Shown one piece after another: positions 62,506-64,000 of a stretch of DNA of 64,000 bases. The position numbers and the translations under genes are program-made. Position 1 is the first letter of the stretch. Every line of letters begins with the position of its first letter. The stretch is from the NCBI GenBank assembly GCA_963816185.1, contig CAWFJJ010000030.1, positions 32,001 to 96,000 on the forward strand, given 5' to 3'. The notes under the pieces are model-generated. The model was given only the letters and a program-made list of their open reading frames with translations, was not told the origin of the DNA and did not search any database. The DNA is from Thermoanaerobaculia bacterium (GTDB lineage: Bacteria; Acidobacteriota; Thermoanaerobaculia; UBA5066).

Positions 62506-64000
<1,495 letters not shown>

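Overview
GC-rich chromosomal window from an anaerobic deltaproteobacterium; gene content and repeat style suggest a Desulfobacca/Desulfobacterota-like organism (inference). In order: DUF429 nuclease, a short-chain ChrA pair, a nitrogen-assimilation cluster (split glutamate synthase subunits, MvhD-like protein, glnK, amtB, glnA, NifA-like sigma54 activator) interrupted by a complete IS4-family element, an Mla-type ABC system, a split pyruvate carboxylase with an AT-rich insert, a B12-radical SAM plus type III PKS pair, a FIST protein with a hybrid kinase, a malonate-type GntR/MFS/LUD/MatB cluster, a Tad pilus locus without a secretin, hpnJ/rSAM/hpnK, then Hsp20 and lon. Many genes carry small frameshifts and about 8040-8555 is garbled, so the consensus is probably error-prone. 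Best features missed by the ORF track: (1) an 84-aa HMA-fold ORF with an in-frame TGA in a UxxC motif and a SECIS-like hairpin (39031-39285), a probable selenoprotein metallochaperone; (2) a sigma54-driven, C-rich structured small RNA candidate (about 2535-2647); (3) an IS4 element inserted into a REP-like palindrome with a 9-bp target duplication; (4) paired TACA-N4-TGTA enhancer boxes at the glnA sigma54 promoter. No rRNA, tRNA or CRISPR array was seen.
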